From the NCBI GenBank assembly GCA_965204745.1, contig OZ242010.1:2304001-2368000 (forward strand): a DNA stretch of 64,000 nt, written 5' to 3'. This document shows, piece by piece, positions 40,901 to 48,512 of this stretch (its first letter is position 1; the number at the start of each line of letters is the position of its first letter). A program made the translations under genes and the position numbers. The notes under the pieces are model-generated. The model was not told the DNA's origin. It ran no database searches and worked only from the letters and a program-made list of their open reading frames with translations. This DNA comes from Candidatus Latescibacterota bacterium. GTDB taxonomy: Bacteria; Latescibacterota; UBA2968.

Positions 40901-43653
40901 GGTTGTCCAGTTTGGAAACCCTGTGGCTTTACGACAATGCGTTGAGCACCCTGCCCGATGCCGTGTTTGCGAGTTTGTCCAATTTGAGATTTTTGAGTCT
41001 TTACCGAAACCGGTTGACCACACTTCCGGACGCGCTGTTTGCGAGTCTGGACAGTTTGAAAACCCTGCACCTGAACGACAACATGTTGGCCTCCTTGCCC
41101 GACACGGCGTTTGCCGGGATGGACAGTCTGCAAACCCTGCTGATGGACAACAACCTGTTGACCGCCCTGCCGGATACGGCGTTTTACGACTTGCCGAATT
41201 TGCAAACCCTGCACTTGAACAACAACCGGTTGAGCGCGTTGCCCGACAGCGCGTTCAAGGGGCTGGACAGTTTGCAAACCCTGCGCCTGAATGACAACTC
41301 GTTGACCGCATTGCCCGACAGCGCGTTCAAGGGCTTGCCCCACCTCAAAATCCTATACCTGAACAGCAACTCGTTGACCGCGTTGCCCGATAGCGCGTTT
41401 AAGGGCTTGGACAGTTTGCAAACCCTGCACTTGAACGACAACCGGTTGAGCGCGTTGCCCGATAGCGCGTTCAAGGGGCTGGACAACTTGAAAACCCTGC
41501 GCCTCGACGACAACATGGTGAACGCGCTGCGCGACAGTGCGTTTGCGCGCCTGACCGACCTCCAATCCCTCGACCTCGCGCGCAATGCGTTGAGCACCCT
41601 GCCCCAACGTGCGTTCAATGGCCTGTCCAACCTCCAATCCCTCGACCTCGCGGGCAACTCGTTGAGCACATTGCCCGATAGCGCGTTTGCGGGCCTGACC
41701 AGTCTGAATCGCCTCGATTTGTCCGGCAATACCGAGGCGTTTATCCTAACGCTCAGCGTAGAACGCACGGATAACGCGAGTTTGACCGCCTCGGGACCTG
41801 CCACGCTCAAGGTCAAAGTCGCCCAAGGCGCGCCCTTTGATATGGCCGTTGGTTTGTCGATCACGGGCGGCACCCTGTCGGACGAAAAGGCGACCATAGC
41901 AAAAGGCAGCACGGAAAGCGCGGCGATCACGGTGACGCAGATGGGGGGGAATTTGGCGAGGGTCCGGTTGGGCGTGCCCCCGGGCGTGCCGTCCGGCTAC
42001 GATGGGATTCAAACCGCTGTGGGCGATTCGCTCGTCCTGTTTGGGACGTTGGCAAATCGCGCGCCCGTGGCCACAGGGGCGCTAGGCGATGTGACCGTGG
42101 CCATGGGCAGTTCTGCCGTGACCGTGAATGTGGGGCGCAATTTCAGCGATCCCGACGGCGACGCATTGACCTTTGGCGCGACCGCGAGCGTTCAGGGTTT
42201 GGCAAGCCTGAGCGCGATGGATTCCGTGGTGACGATAACGCCCGTGGCCGCGGGGATTGCCACAGTGACCGTGACGGCCACGGACCCCGATGGCCTGACC
42301 GCGACGCAGACCTTTTCACTGACCATCACGAACGACGCGCCCACCGTGCAGGCGAGCATTGCGGACACGACCGCTTTGGTGAATACGCCATTCACTTATG
42401 CGTTTCCCCAAAACACATTTAACGATGCCAATGGCGATGCGTTGACCTATACGAGCAGCGGGTTGCCGGCATGGCTGACGTTCACCCCCGCGACTCGCAC
42501 CTTCAGCGGCACCCCGAGCGATGCCACGGGTTCGCCCTTTGCCATCGCTGTGGAGGCGAATGACGGCAAGGGCGGGCGCGTGCAAACGACCTTTACCCTA
42601 GCCGTCGCCGCCGGGATTTGTACGCGAACCACCGCGGTCAGAACCGCGTTGCTATCTGTGATCGCTGACGCGGATACCTGCACAGTGGTCACGGCCGCGC
42701 ACTTGGCCGGGGTTGTGGATTCCCTGAACCTGCGCGCGCAGCGCATCGCCACCTTGCAAGCCACGGACTTCGCCGGCCTGTCCAGCCTGACGACCCTCAA
42801 CCTGTACGACAACGACTTGACCAGCTTGCCCGCGGGCGTATTCGACGACCTGTCCAGGTTGCGATTCTTGAGCCTGTACAACAACGGCTTGACCGCGCTT
42901 TCTGCGAGTGTGTTCGACAGCCTGTCCGCCTTGCGATTTTTGAGCTTGGACAGCAACCGCGTGACGTCGCTCCCGGCAAACGCATTTTCAAATCTACCGC
43001 AGTTGCAAACCCTCAGCTTCAGCGGCAACGGCCTGACCGCGCTCTCTGCGGGCGCGCTCGACAGCTTGTCCAATTTGCGCGAACTCTTGCTCGACAACAA
43101 CGCGCTGACATCCCTGCCCGCGGGCGCGCTCGACAGCTTGTCGCAGTTGCAAATCCTCGGCCTGAACGACAATGCCCTGTCCGCCCTTCGCACCGACGCG
43201 TTCGCCAATTTGTCGCACCTGCGCGTCCTGAACCTGAAAAACAACTCGTTGACCGCGCTCCCGAACAGCGTGTTCGCCGGCCTTGACAGCCTGATGCTCT
43301 TGGATTTGTCCGGCAACACGGGCGCGAATTTTACCCTTACGCTCACGCTGGAACGCACGGACAATTCAAACTTGAACGCCGCAGGGCCTGCCACCATCGC
43401 GGTCAAAATCGCCCAAGGCGCGCCGTTCGATATGACCGTTGGCCTAGCCATAACAAATGGCACGCTGACGGACGCGAATGCGATGACCGTTTCACAAGTG
43501 GCGATCCCACGGGGAAGCACGGAAAGCGCGTCCATGACCGCGACGCAAACCGGGATGAATCAAACCGCGATCAGCCTGGGCACCGCGCCCACCGTGCCCG
43601 CGGGCTATCGCGGCATCGCAATCGCAGTGGGCGGTCCACTCGTTCTGTTTTAA
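31918..43653 (+). CDS. Giant secreted/surface protein (~3911 aa): paired EF-hand/dockerin-like, Ig-like, cadherin, Fn3, Calx-beta repeats, three LRR modules
   Basis: Signal-like N-terminus at ATG 31918, DFDGNGVVDFDDF / DLNRDGVIGFRDF, DHE/NYE cadherin motifs, TATSGTDY Calx-beta motif, 24-aa LRRs. Confidence 0.9.
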   Translation: MSRSHVQRAILILSIALLIYPFANALFGEDARAAGAVHNPDFDGNGVVDFDDFSLLARMFGMRRGDAGYEDRFDLNRDGVIGFRDFLIFIQHFGQVAPVPVEAIPARQVHVGSDPLRVDVAEYFYDANGDALRYAASSDDEAIASVRVSEAVVAIAPVGVGNATITVTAIDGAALCATQTIAVTVTLFARTPLTRELDENAPAGEPVGDPVSVPGLSGLAYSLTGADADSFDIDARTGQIRTRKGITYDHERDETFSLNVVATTGDDADSIAVTISVMDVNEPPSLPPSNFHVIPGNQSLSVHFHAARDEPGKPPVLGYHAEIRTGEEGDWVNRKTIYGRTNNTAFYADLGQVPRYRDPSLQNGQRYQIRIRTWNAEGESDWAEPVSGVPVYIPPPPIAHVTAPAPFEQDDQARVDLSDVTGQGGRITIAKNALADDAIQSAFATILAVSNFPAIPSQTGFAVSEGGAIFDITLKARLANGEEVDIGGDLRVPVEICLPVPEGISNPVIIHYANAWEMLETQRVDGNAICAHAATFSYYGVGVAFNDVPEFDIFTQPLTIPENTAAGQNVGNPVTATDSDGGTLVYSLEGADAASFDIDAATGQIETKAGVTYNYEAKNSYAVKVKVIDGQGGSATIPVTITLTDVDGEAPGKAAVPSVSMASSTSLTATWTTPANTGPPITDYDVQYRVGNSGAFTDWPHSGTGLTTTITGLTANMSYEVQVRAKNAEGTGAWSNSGGGTTSNLPSLSINSPSVTEGNSSSVTLQFTVTLSPASGQQVTVAYADTLTGTATSGTDYTALTAGTLTFAASETSKTFDLSITGDTIDEPNETVIVKLSSPTNATIATRIGTGTITDDDDTPKVTLVLNPTAINENSGVTTVTATLNRASSQATTITVSAAPGTNAVAADFTVSANKKLTIATGQTTSTGAVTITANDNNRDDPNKEVTVSATANNGQGITAPDNVTLTINDDDGAPALSINSPSVTEGNSGSVTLQFTVTLSPASGQQVTVAYADTLTGTATSGTDYTALTAGTLTFAASETSKTFDLSVTGDTIDEPNETVIVKLSSPTNATIATRTGTGTITDDDDTPKVTLVLNPTAIDENSGVTTVTATLNRASSQATTITVSAAPGTNAVAADFTVSANKKLTIATGQTTSTGAVTITANDNNRDDPNKEVTVSATATNGQGITAPDNVTLTINDDDGAPALSINSPSVTEGNSSSVTLQFTVTLSPASGQQVTVAYADTLTGTATSGTDYTALTAGTLTFAASETSKTFDLSVTGDTIDEPNETVIVKLSSPTNATITTRIGTGTITDDDDTPKVTLVLNPTAINENSGVTTVAATLNRASSQATTITVSAAPGTNAVAADFTVSANKKLTIATGQTTSTGAVTITANDNNRDDPNKEVTVSATANNGQGITAPDNVTLTINDDDGAPALSINSPSVTEGNSGPVTLQFTVMLSPASGQQVTVAYADTLTGTATSGTDYTVLTAGTLTFAASETSKTFDLSVTGDTIDEPNETVIVKLSSPTNATIATRIGTGTITDDDDTPKVTLVLNPTAINENSGVTTVTATLNRASSQATTITVSAAPGTNAVAADFTVSANKKLTIATGQTASTGAVTITANDNNRDDPNKEVTVSATANNGQGITAPDNVTLTINDDDGTPALSINSPSVTEGNSGPVTLQFTVTLSPASGQQVTVAYADTLTGTATSGTDYTALTAGTLTFAASETSKTFDLSITGDTIDEPNETVIVKLSSPTNATIATRTGTGTITDDDDTPKVTLVLNPTAINENSGVTTVTATLNRASSQATTITVSTAPGTNAVASDFTVSANKKLTIATGQTTSTGAVTITANDNNRDDPNKEVTVSATATNGQGITAPDNVTLTINDDDATPKVTLVLNPTAINENSGVTTVTATLNRASSQATTITVSAAPGTNAVAADFTVSANKKLTIATGQTTSTGAVTITANDNNRDDPNKEVTVSATANNGQGITAPDNVTLTINDDDGAPALSINSPSVTEGNIGSVTLQFTVTLSPASGQQVTVAYADTLTGTATSGTDYTALTAGTLTFAASETSKTFDVSITGDTIDEPNETVIVKLSSPTNATITTRIGTGTITDDDDTPKVTLVLTPTAINENSGVTTVTATLNRASSQATTITVSAAPGTNAVAADFTVSANKKLTIATGQTASTGAVTITANDNNRDDPNKEVTVSATANNGQGITAPDNVTLTINDDDGAPALSINSPSVTEGNSGPVTLQFTVTLSPASGQQVTVAYADTLTGTATSGTDYTALTAGTLTFAVSETSKTFDVSITGDTIDEPNETVIVKLSSPTNATIATRIGTGTITDDDDAPKVTLVLNPTAINENSGITTVTATLNRASSQATTITVSAAPGTNAVATDFTVSANKKLTIATGQTTSTGAVTITANDNNRDDPNKEVTVSATANNGQGITAPDNVTLTINDDDGAPALSINSPSVTEGNSGPVTLQFTVTLSPASGQQVTVAYADTLTGTATSGTDYTALTAGTLTFAASETSKTFDLSITGDTIDEPNETVIVKLSSPTNATIATRTGTGTITDDDDTPKVTLVLTPTAINENSGVTTVTATLNRASSQATTITVSAAPGTNAVASDFTVSANKKLTIATGQTASTGAVTIAAVDNYVNAPNKSVTVSATATNGHGITAPDNVTLTIRNDDVMTAGICNRTQAVQSAILASLVNRTLCNEVTTSDLSGITGSLDFRNQSITTLKANDFSGLSSLVTLRIDRNSLTTLPATLFSGLTSLRTLRLNHNQLSTLPSTIFSNLSTVNRLTLNNNSLTTLPATLFSGLTGLTRLELRNNTGAPFTFTLALERTDNTDLTAAGPATIVVKVAEGAPFDMSVTLSVTSGMLSSTTATISKGNLQSGSITLTQSGGNSARISMASAPAVPMDYDGIATAVGNPLVLWAAGICGRTTVVSDAIVAAVDGITDCASITDSHVQAVTGTMDLGNQRINALRAGDFSGLSSLETLWLYDNALSTLPDAVFASLSNLRFLSLYRNRLTTLPDALFASLDSLKTLHLNDNMLASLPDTAFAGMDSLQTLLMDNNLLTALPDTAFYDLPNLQTLHLNNNRLSALPDSAFKGLDSLQTLRLNDNSLTALPDSAFKGLPHLKILYLNSNSLTALPDSAFKGLDSLQTLHLNDNRLSALPDSAFKGLDNLKTLRLDDNMVNALRDSAFARLTDLQSLDLARNALSTLPQRAFNGLSNLQSLDLAGNSLSTLPDSAFAGLTSLNRLDLSGNTEAFILTLSVERTDNASLTASGPATLKVKVAQGAPFDMAVGLSITGGTLSDEKATIAKGSTESAAITVTQMGGNLARVRLGVPPGVPSGYDGIQTAVGDSLVLFGTLANRAPVATGALGDVTVAMGSSAVTVNVGRNFSDPDGDALTFGATASVQGLASLSAMDSVVTITPVAAGIATVTVTATDPDGLTATQTFSLTITNDAPTVQASIADTTALVNTPFTYAFPQNTFNDANGDALTYTSSGLPAWLTFTPATRTFSGTPSDATGSPFAIAVEANDGKGGRVQTTFTLAVAAGICTRTTAVRTALLSVIADADTCTVVTAAHLAGVVDSLNLRAQRIATLQATDFAGLSSLTTLNLYDNDLTSLPAGVFDDLSRLRFLSLYNNGLTALSASVFDSLSALRFLSLDSNRVTSLPANAFSNLPQLQTLSFSGNGLTALSAGALDSLSNLRELLLDNNALTSLPAGALDSLSQLQILGLNDNALSALRTDAFANLSHLRVLNLKNNSLTALPNSVFAGLDSLMLLDLSGNTGANFTLTLTLERTDNSNLNAAGPATIAVKIAQGAPFDMTVGLAITNGTLTDANAMTVSQVAIPRGSTESASMTATQTGMNQTAISLGTAPTVPAGYRGIAIAVGGPLVLF
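34150..39990 (+). repeat. Intragenic 687-bp tandem array: 8 Calx-beta (A) and 9 partner (B) domains
   Basis: Unit anchors at 34154, 34841, 35528, 36215, 36902, 37934, 38621 and 39308; one interval is 687+345, i.e. an extra B domain. Confidence 0.95.
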
Positions 43654-43739
43654 GTGAATCAGTTGTCAGTTGTCAGTCCCCGCCCCGCCCTACCGCCATT
43701 CGCCATGTTTTGGAAAAGGGGCCTAACCCAAGGAGCACC

Positions 43740-46700
43740 ATGCACACCTACAAATGGATACTTGTCGCAATCGGCGTGCTCGCGCATTCTGCCATGGCGC
43801 AGGATGTGCCGTGGCACTACGATTTTGAAGAGGCGAGTCTGTCGCCCGCGTATCGGGCAGATGCGGGTAGCCGAATCGCGGTTTCCACGCGCCATTACAA
43901 GACGGGCCGCCAATCTTTGGCGTGGACGTGGCAGAATAGTGATCGCCTTTTGTTCACCGATCCCGCGCCCGGGCGCAACACGGCCTTGACCGCATTTCGG
44001 GCATGGGTGTACCTCGAACAGGCAAGCGCGGATTCAACGCTGACGTTTCGGTTTGGAACGGAATCCGAATTGGCGACGAATAATCCGCGCTACCAATTTG
44101 AGTTTGGCATGAATTTTACGGGGTGGCGGGCGATGTGGATCGATCTGCCGCGCGACGCGACCCGTGCGGCTTATACGGGGCCGAATGCCGGGCGGGTGAC
44201 GGCGTTTGATATCGTCGCGCCAAACCAGACGGGTTCTGCGTATCTGGATCTGATGGAACTGGTCGATAGCCGAAGTGTTCGGCGCGCCATCGCCGATGTG
44301 CAGGTACCATTTGTCAATGGCGGCGCCGTGAACAATCGCGAACTCCGCTGGAGTTTGAACGCGTTGCCGAGCGCGTCCGTGCCCGCGGCGATCACGCAGG
44401 CGCAACGGAACGCCTTTGCGACGATTGCCAATCGGTACGAGACGTGGATTTTGGGCAATAATGTGAAAGCGGATATGCGAGAGCCCGTACAGATTCGGCT
44501 CGACTCGCTGACGTCTTTTATCGCACTCGGGCATCGCAATTTCGAGCGGTTCGAGGTAACGCGCACGAGCGACGGCCGGGTTTTGGGCAGGCCCCTGTTT
44601 TCGAGCCGGTCCCCGTACCGCCCGTATTTCAACGAGATTTTTCAGGGGATGTTGTTGTACTTGGCGCTGGATTTTCGCTTGAACAACAACCAACGGGCAA
44701 AAGACCGCGCGTTGGATGTTTTCGACTATCTCAACGATCAAGGCTGGGCCGCGGGCAGCAGCATTGGCACGATGTACCACGAATTTTTGCGCGTGTCCGG
44801 CTATGCCAATTCCGTGTATTTGATGCGCGATACCCTGCGCGCAAGGGGAACGTTGGCGCGGGAACTCCAGACGATTGAGTGGCACAGCATGTTTGGCGAG
44901 ATCTACGATGCGTCTTGGGATCCGGGCACGAACGCGGATTTTTTGCGGTCGGTCGGCCTGTTTCGCCTGCTGCTCATTTTGATGATGGATGATACCCCTG
45001 AAAAAGTGGCAAAGATGCAGCACTACCTCAGGTGGCTCAACAACGCGATAGACATCGCTCCTGGGTGGCTGGACACCATCAAGCCGGATTACACCAGCTT
45101 TCACCACCGAGGCATCTACACCAATGCGTACGGGCAAAACGCGATTCACATGAGCGCGCTGCTGGTGTATTTGTTGCACGACACCCCGTTTGCCGTTGAC
45201 GATGACGGGCGCGACAACGTGAAGAACGCCCTGTTGACTTCGCGGACGATGGCGAATGCGTACGATATTTCCACGGCGATTGGGGGCCGCTTTCCGTTTA
45301 GCACGACCATTGCCAACAGGCTGTTGCCCGCGCAGATGTATATGGCGATGAGCTATACGCCTGTGGATGCCGAATTGGCCGGCGCGTTTATGCACCTTTG
45401 GCGACCGGAATCGCCATTTCTCAAAGTGGAGTTGTTCCCGCGCGTCTCTGTGCGGATCATGTACTTGGATTCGCCTGGCGCGATTCAGATGATGGCGGAT
45501 TTTGCCGCGCGGGGTTACGCTGCTAATCCCGTTTCTGGGCATTGGACCATGCCTTATGGCGCGCTGTCCATCCACCGGCGCGACGAGTGGATGGTGAGCA
45601 TGAAGGGGTGGAGCAAGTACGTCTGGGATTTTGAATCGGACGGCAATTTGAATCGATTCGGGCGCTATTTGAGCTATGGGTCGATGTTGATCTACGCCAC
45701 TGGCGATCCCGCGGGGCGCGTGGCGAGTGGCATTGTGGAAGCGGGGTGGGATTGGAGCATGTGGCCCGGCACGACGGTGATTCGCCTGAACGAGACCGAA
45801 CTCGCAGCCTGGAATAGGGATCGCAATTTTTCGGATGAGACGTTTGTGGGGGGCGTAAATTTGGAGGGCGAAAACGGCGTGTTCGCGCTGAAGTTGCACG
45901 ATACGGAGCACGACGCGAGTTTCAGGGGTATCAAGACCGCGTTTTGTTTTGACGAGGTGTTGGTCTGCCTGGGATCGGGCATCACGAATAGCGACAGCGG
46001 GCACGAGACCGTGACGACGCTGTTTCAAACCGCGATATCGGCAAACCGCGCCACCGTAATAGACGGAGAAGGGATGTTTTCCCTGCCCTACAGTTTTTCG
46101 GGCACGGCCGGGCAAGGCGTTTGGTTGATGGATTCCTCGGGCAATGGGTACGTGCTTCCCGATGGCAATGGCCTCCAAGTGCGGCGCACGCAGAATGAGG
46201 CGGGTGCGTTTGAACTGGCGTGGATCAACCACGGTAGCATGCCGGCAGACAGTACCTATCAATACGCCGTGCTGGTGCAACAACCGCAGGGGCGGGTACG
46301 CCAATTTGCCGCCGCGCCCGAATACGTCGTTTTGCAACGCGATAATCGGGCGCATATCGTACATTATCCAAAAATGAACACGACGGGCTATGCGATGATC
46401 GACGCGGCGGCAAGGCCAATGCAGGGCGAGATCGTCCAAGTGGATATACCGGTTTTGGCAATGACACGCGAAACAGAAGAAGGGCTGTTGCTATCGGTCG
46501 CCGATCCAAATTTTGGCTGGGATTGGATCATTCAAACGCCGCACCGGCAAAGCGGTACGCTGGTCGTCAACCAATCGAGCACCCCGCGCACGGTGACGCT
46601 GACGATGCGCGGGCAGTGGCGGTTGGATGGCACCCAGGCTTTGGCGCGCGTTACCGGCGTGCAAGCCAACCCGGACCGCACGACTGTGGCGTTGACATGT

Positions 46701-46985
46701 CAGGATGGCAAGACCGTGCAGGTGAAACTCATCCGCACGAGTGTCGGGGTCGCGCAGTTGGATTTTAATGGCGACAACGCGATTGACATCAATGATTTTT
46801 TGTTGTTCATCAGCAAGTTTGGCCTCGCCACGGGCGATCCGGGTTTCGAGTCAAAATACGATCTCGATGGCAATGACATCGTGGGGTTCAGCGATTTTGT
46901 GCTCTTTGCCGAGGGCTTTGGCAAACGAGTGCCTTCATCCAAGCCCGTGGCCCTCCGCCCCCTGCCCGGTTGGAGCGATTCATGA
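43740..46985 (+). CDS. Chondroitin ABC lyase-like polysaccharide lyase (PL8) with C-terminal paired EF-hand/dockerin-like domain
   Basis: Signal peptide, NFTGWRAMW, DQGWAAGS, IKPDYTSFHH...AY, FGRYLSYGS, GWDWSMWPGTT; DFNGDNAIDINDF / DLDGNDIVGFSDF. Confidence 0.88.
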   Translation: MHTYKWILVAIGVLAHSAMAQDVPWHYDFEEASLSPAYRADAGSRIAVSTRHYKTGRQSLAWTWQNSDRLLFTDPAPGRNTALTAFRAWVYLEQASADSTLTFRFGTESELATNNPRYQFEFGMNFTGWRAMWIDLPRDATRAAYTGPNAGRVTAFDIVAPNQTGSAYLDLMELVDSRSVRRAIADVQVPFVNGGAVNNRELRWSLNALPSASVPAAITQAQRNAFATIANRYETWILGNNVKADMREPVQIRLDSLTSFIALGHRNFERFEVTRTSDGRVLGRPLFSSRSPYRPYFNEIFQGMLLYLALDFRLNNNQRAKDRALDVFDYLNDQGWAAGSSIGTMYHEFLRVSGYANSVYLMRDTLRARGTLARELQTIEWHSMFGEIYDASWDPGTNADFLRSVGLFRLLLILMMDDTPEKVAKMQHYLRWLNNAIDIAPGWLDTIKPDYTSFHHRGIYTNAYGQNAIHMSALLVYLLHDTPFAVDDDGRDNVKNALLTSRTMANAYDISTAIGGRFPFSTTIANRLLPAQMYMAMSYTPVDAELAGAFMHLWRPESPFLKVELFPRVSVRIMYLDSPGAIQMMADFAARGYAANPVSGHWTMPYGALSIHRRDEWMVSMKGWSKYVWDFESDGNLNRFGRYLSYGSMLIYATGDPAGRVASGIVEAGWDWSMWPGTTVIRLNETELAAWNRDRNFSDETFVGGVNLEGENGVFALKLHDTEHDASFRGIKTAFCFDEVLVCLGSGITNSDSGHETVTTLFQTAISANRATVIDGEGMFSLPYSFSGTAGQGVWLMDSSGNGYVLPDGNGLQVRRTQNEAGAFELAWINHGSMPADSTYQYAVLVQQPQGRVRQFAAAPEYVVLQRDNRAHIVHYPKMNTTGYAMIDAAARPMQGEIVQVDIPVLAMTRETEEGLLLSVADPNFGWDWIIQTPHRQSGTLVVNQSSTPRTVTLTMRGQWRLDGTQALARVTGVQANPDRTTVALTCQDGKTVQVKLIRTSVGVAQLDFNGDNAIDINDFLLFISKFGLATGDPGFESKYDLDGNDIVGFSDFVLFAEGFGKRVPSSKPVALRPLPGWSDS

Positions 46986-47605
46986 TCCGATTTCTCATTG
47001 TTATGTTGCTCTGCGCGTCCGCCTCTGTGCGCGCCGAAGACGCGAACGAGGCGATCCTGTTTTTGGGCGACAGCTTGACCGCCGGGTACGGCTTGGACGA
47101 AGCGCGGGCTTTTCCCGCATTGGTGCAGGCGAAGATCGATTCTCTGGGCTGGGCCTTTGAGGTGATCAACGGCGGGTTAAGTGGCGAGACATCCGCAGGC
47201 GGGTTGCGGCGGGTCACCTGGTTGTTGCGCCGCAAGATCGACATTCTGGTGCTGGCACTGGGCGGCAATGACGGCTTGCGCGGCATCCCCACATCCGAAA
47301 TGCAGCAGAACTTGCAGGGTATCATAGACCGCGCCCGCACAACCTATCCCGACGTACAAATCATCCTCGCGGGCATGGAAGCCCCTCCCAATTTGGGCGA
47401 TGCGTACACGGCGGCCTTCCGCACGGTGTTTCCAACCCTCGCAGAGAAAAATCGCATCCCGCTCATCCCCTTTCTGCTCGAAGGCGTGGGCGGCATTGCA
47501 ACCCTGAACCTCCCCGACCGCATCCACCCCAATGCCCAGGGCCATCGCATCATCGCCGAAACCGTGTGGCACGCGCTCAAACCCATTCTCGAAGGCGAGA
47601 GGTGA
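46982..47605 (+). CDS. Arylesterase / TesA-like SGNH hydrolase
   Basis: GDSLTAGYG, GLSGETSAGG, LGGNDGLRG, DRIHPN. Confidence 0.92.
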   Translation: MIRFLIVMLLCASASVRAEDANEAILFLGDSLTAGYGLDEARAFPALVQAKIDSLGWAFEVINGGLSGETSAGGLRRVTWLLRRKIDILVLALGGNDGLRGIPTSEMQQNLQGIIDRARTTYPDVQIILAGMEAPPNLGDAYTAAFRTVFPTLAEKNRIPLIPFLLEGVGGIATLNLPDRIHPNAQGHRIIAETVWHALKPILEGER

Positions 47606-48001
47606 GAGGCGAGAGGCAAGAGGTGAGAGGCAAGAGGTGAGAGGCAAGAGGTGAGATAGTAGTTTAGCCACAAAAGGCACGAGCGGGGTACAACTGGCGA
47701 TAGCCCGTTCAAAGCACAAAAGGTGAGCAAGATATGTAGGGGCGTCGCCCCCGTGCTCAAAAAAAAATACAAGATGCGAGAGACGAGTTGCGTAGGGACA
47801 CCGTGCCTGTCCGAATAGACGGACAAGGTAGCAGGTCATCAACGAATACGGGATAAACCAACGCACGGGCGGTTGGGCACTTGAGTAGGGCACGCACGCG
47901 GGGCGGTTGGTGGCGGGTGAGGAACGCACACGGCGGGGCAGGGTGAGGTAGGGAACGCACGGGTGGCGGGGTGGCGGGGTGGACTGACAACTGACAACTG
48001 A
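47599..48001. repeat. Mosaic intergenic repeat cluster
   Basis: GAGGTGA/GAGGCAA heptamers, several GTAGGG REP-like starts, GGGCACGCAC modules and a CTGACAA tract. Confidence 0.8.
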
Positions 48002-48009
48002 CAATGCGA

Positions 48010-48100
48010 ATTAAGAGTAGAAAGCGAGTAAGAAGCAAGCCGCAACCCATCATCCAAAGACATGAACGAGTCATCCATTGATAGAATCGCCCTTGAATTT
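48010..48100 (-). pseudogene. Degenerate 3' end of an IS982-like transposase
   Basis: Minus strand reads SING*LVHVFG*WVAACFLLAFYS* with the stop inside the TIR; resembles the RSxNGLxVHVFGRL C-terminus recalled for this family (not database-checked). Confidence 0.55.
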
Positions 48101-48246
48101 GTCTTAAAACGAACGATGGATGCCCCTCCTCCGGCTCTTCCCCGCAACGGAGAGATGTTATTCCCCTTGTATCTTCCTCGTAGGCACAGGCGTAGCCTAC
48201 AACGAAGCGTAGCGAGTAACAGGGCCAGGGGGTAGGTCCCAATTCC

Positions 48247-48293
48247 AAAAAGTAAAGCCCGAGTTCGCTGTGAACCCGGGCTTTACTTTTTTT
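48247..48293 (-). terminator. Bidirectional intrinsic terminator downstream of the minus-strand genes
   Basis: AAAAAGTAAAGCCCG...CGGGCTTTACTTTTT hairpin. Confidence 0.8.
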
Positions 48294-48305
48294 GTTTTTC
48301 GTCGT

Positions 48306-48512
48306 TCAGCCTGTCGAGCCAAAGTCGGCGGCGAAGATGAGGAAATCGGCAGAATCAATTTGACCATCGCCATCGCCATTGAGATCACACCGAGGGTCAT
48401 ATCGCTCCTGGCCGGGTCGCGAGCCGAACTTGCCGGCAAAGGTCAAGAAGTCGGCGAAATTCACATCGCCATCGCCATCTTCATCTGTGGCGGTCAGGGA
48501 ACAGGCTTTCAT
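48306..48512 (-). CDS. Stand-alone paired EF-hand/dockerin-like ORF (or displaced domain remnant)
   Basis: DEDGDGDVNFADFLTFAGKFG...DLNGDGDGQIDSADFLIFAADFG; ATGA overlap with the stop of the giant gene. Confidence 0.6.
   Translation of the reverse strand: MKACSLTATDEDGDGDVNFADFLTFAGKFGSRPGQERYDPRCDLNGDGDGQIDSADFLIFAADFGSTG

Noticed and set aside
44034-46439. 801-aa antisense ORF and similar long shadow ORFs (e.g. 12004-13407, 21086-22675)
   Set aside because: They lie opposite well-supported genes in GC-rich DNA and show no recognisable motifs.
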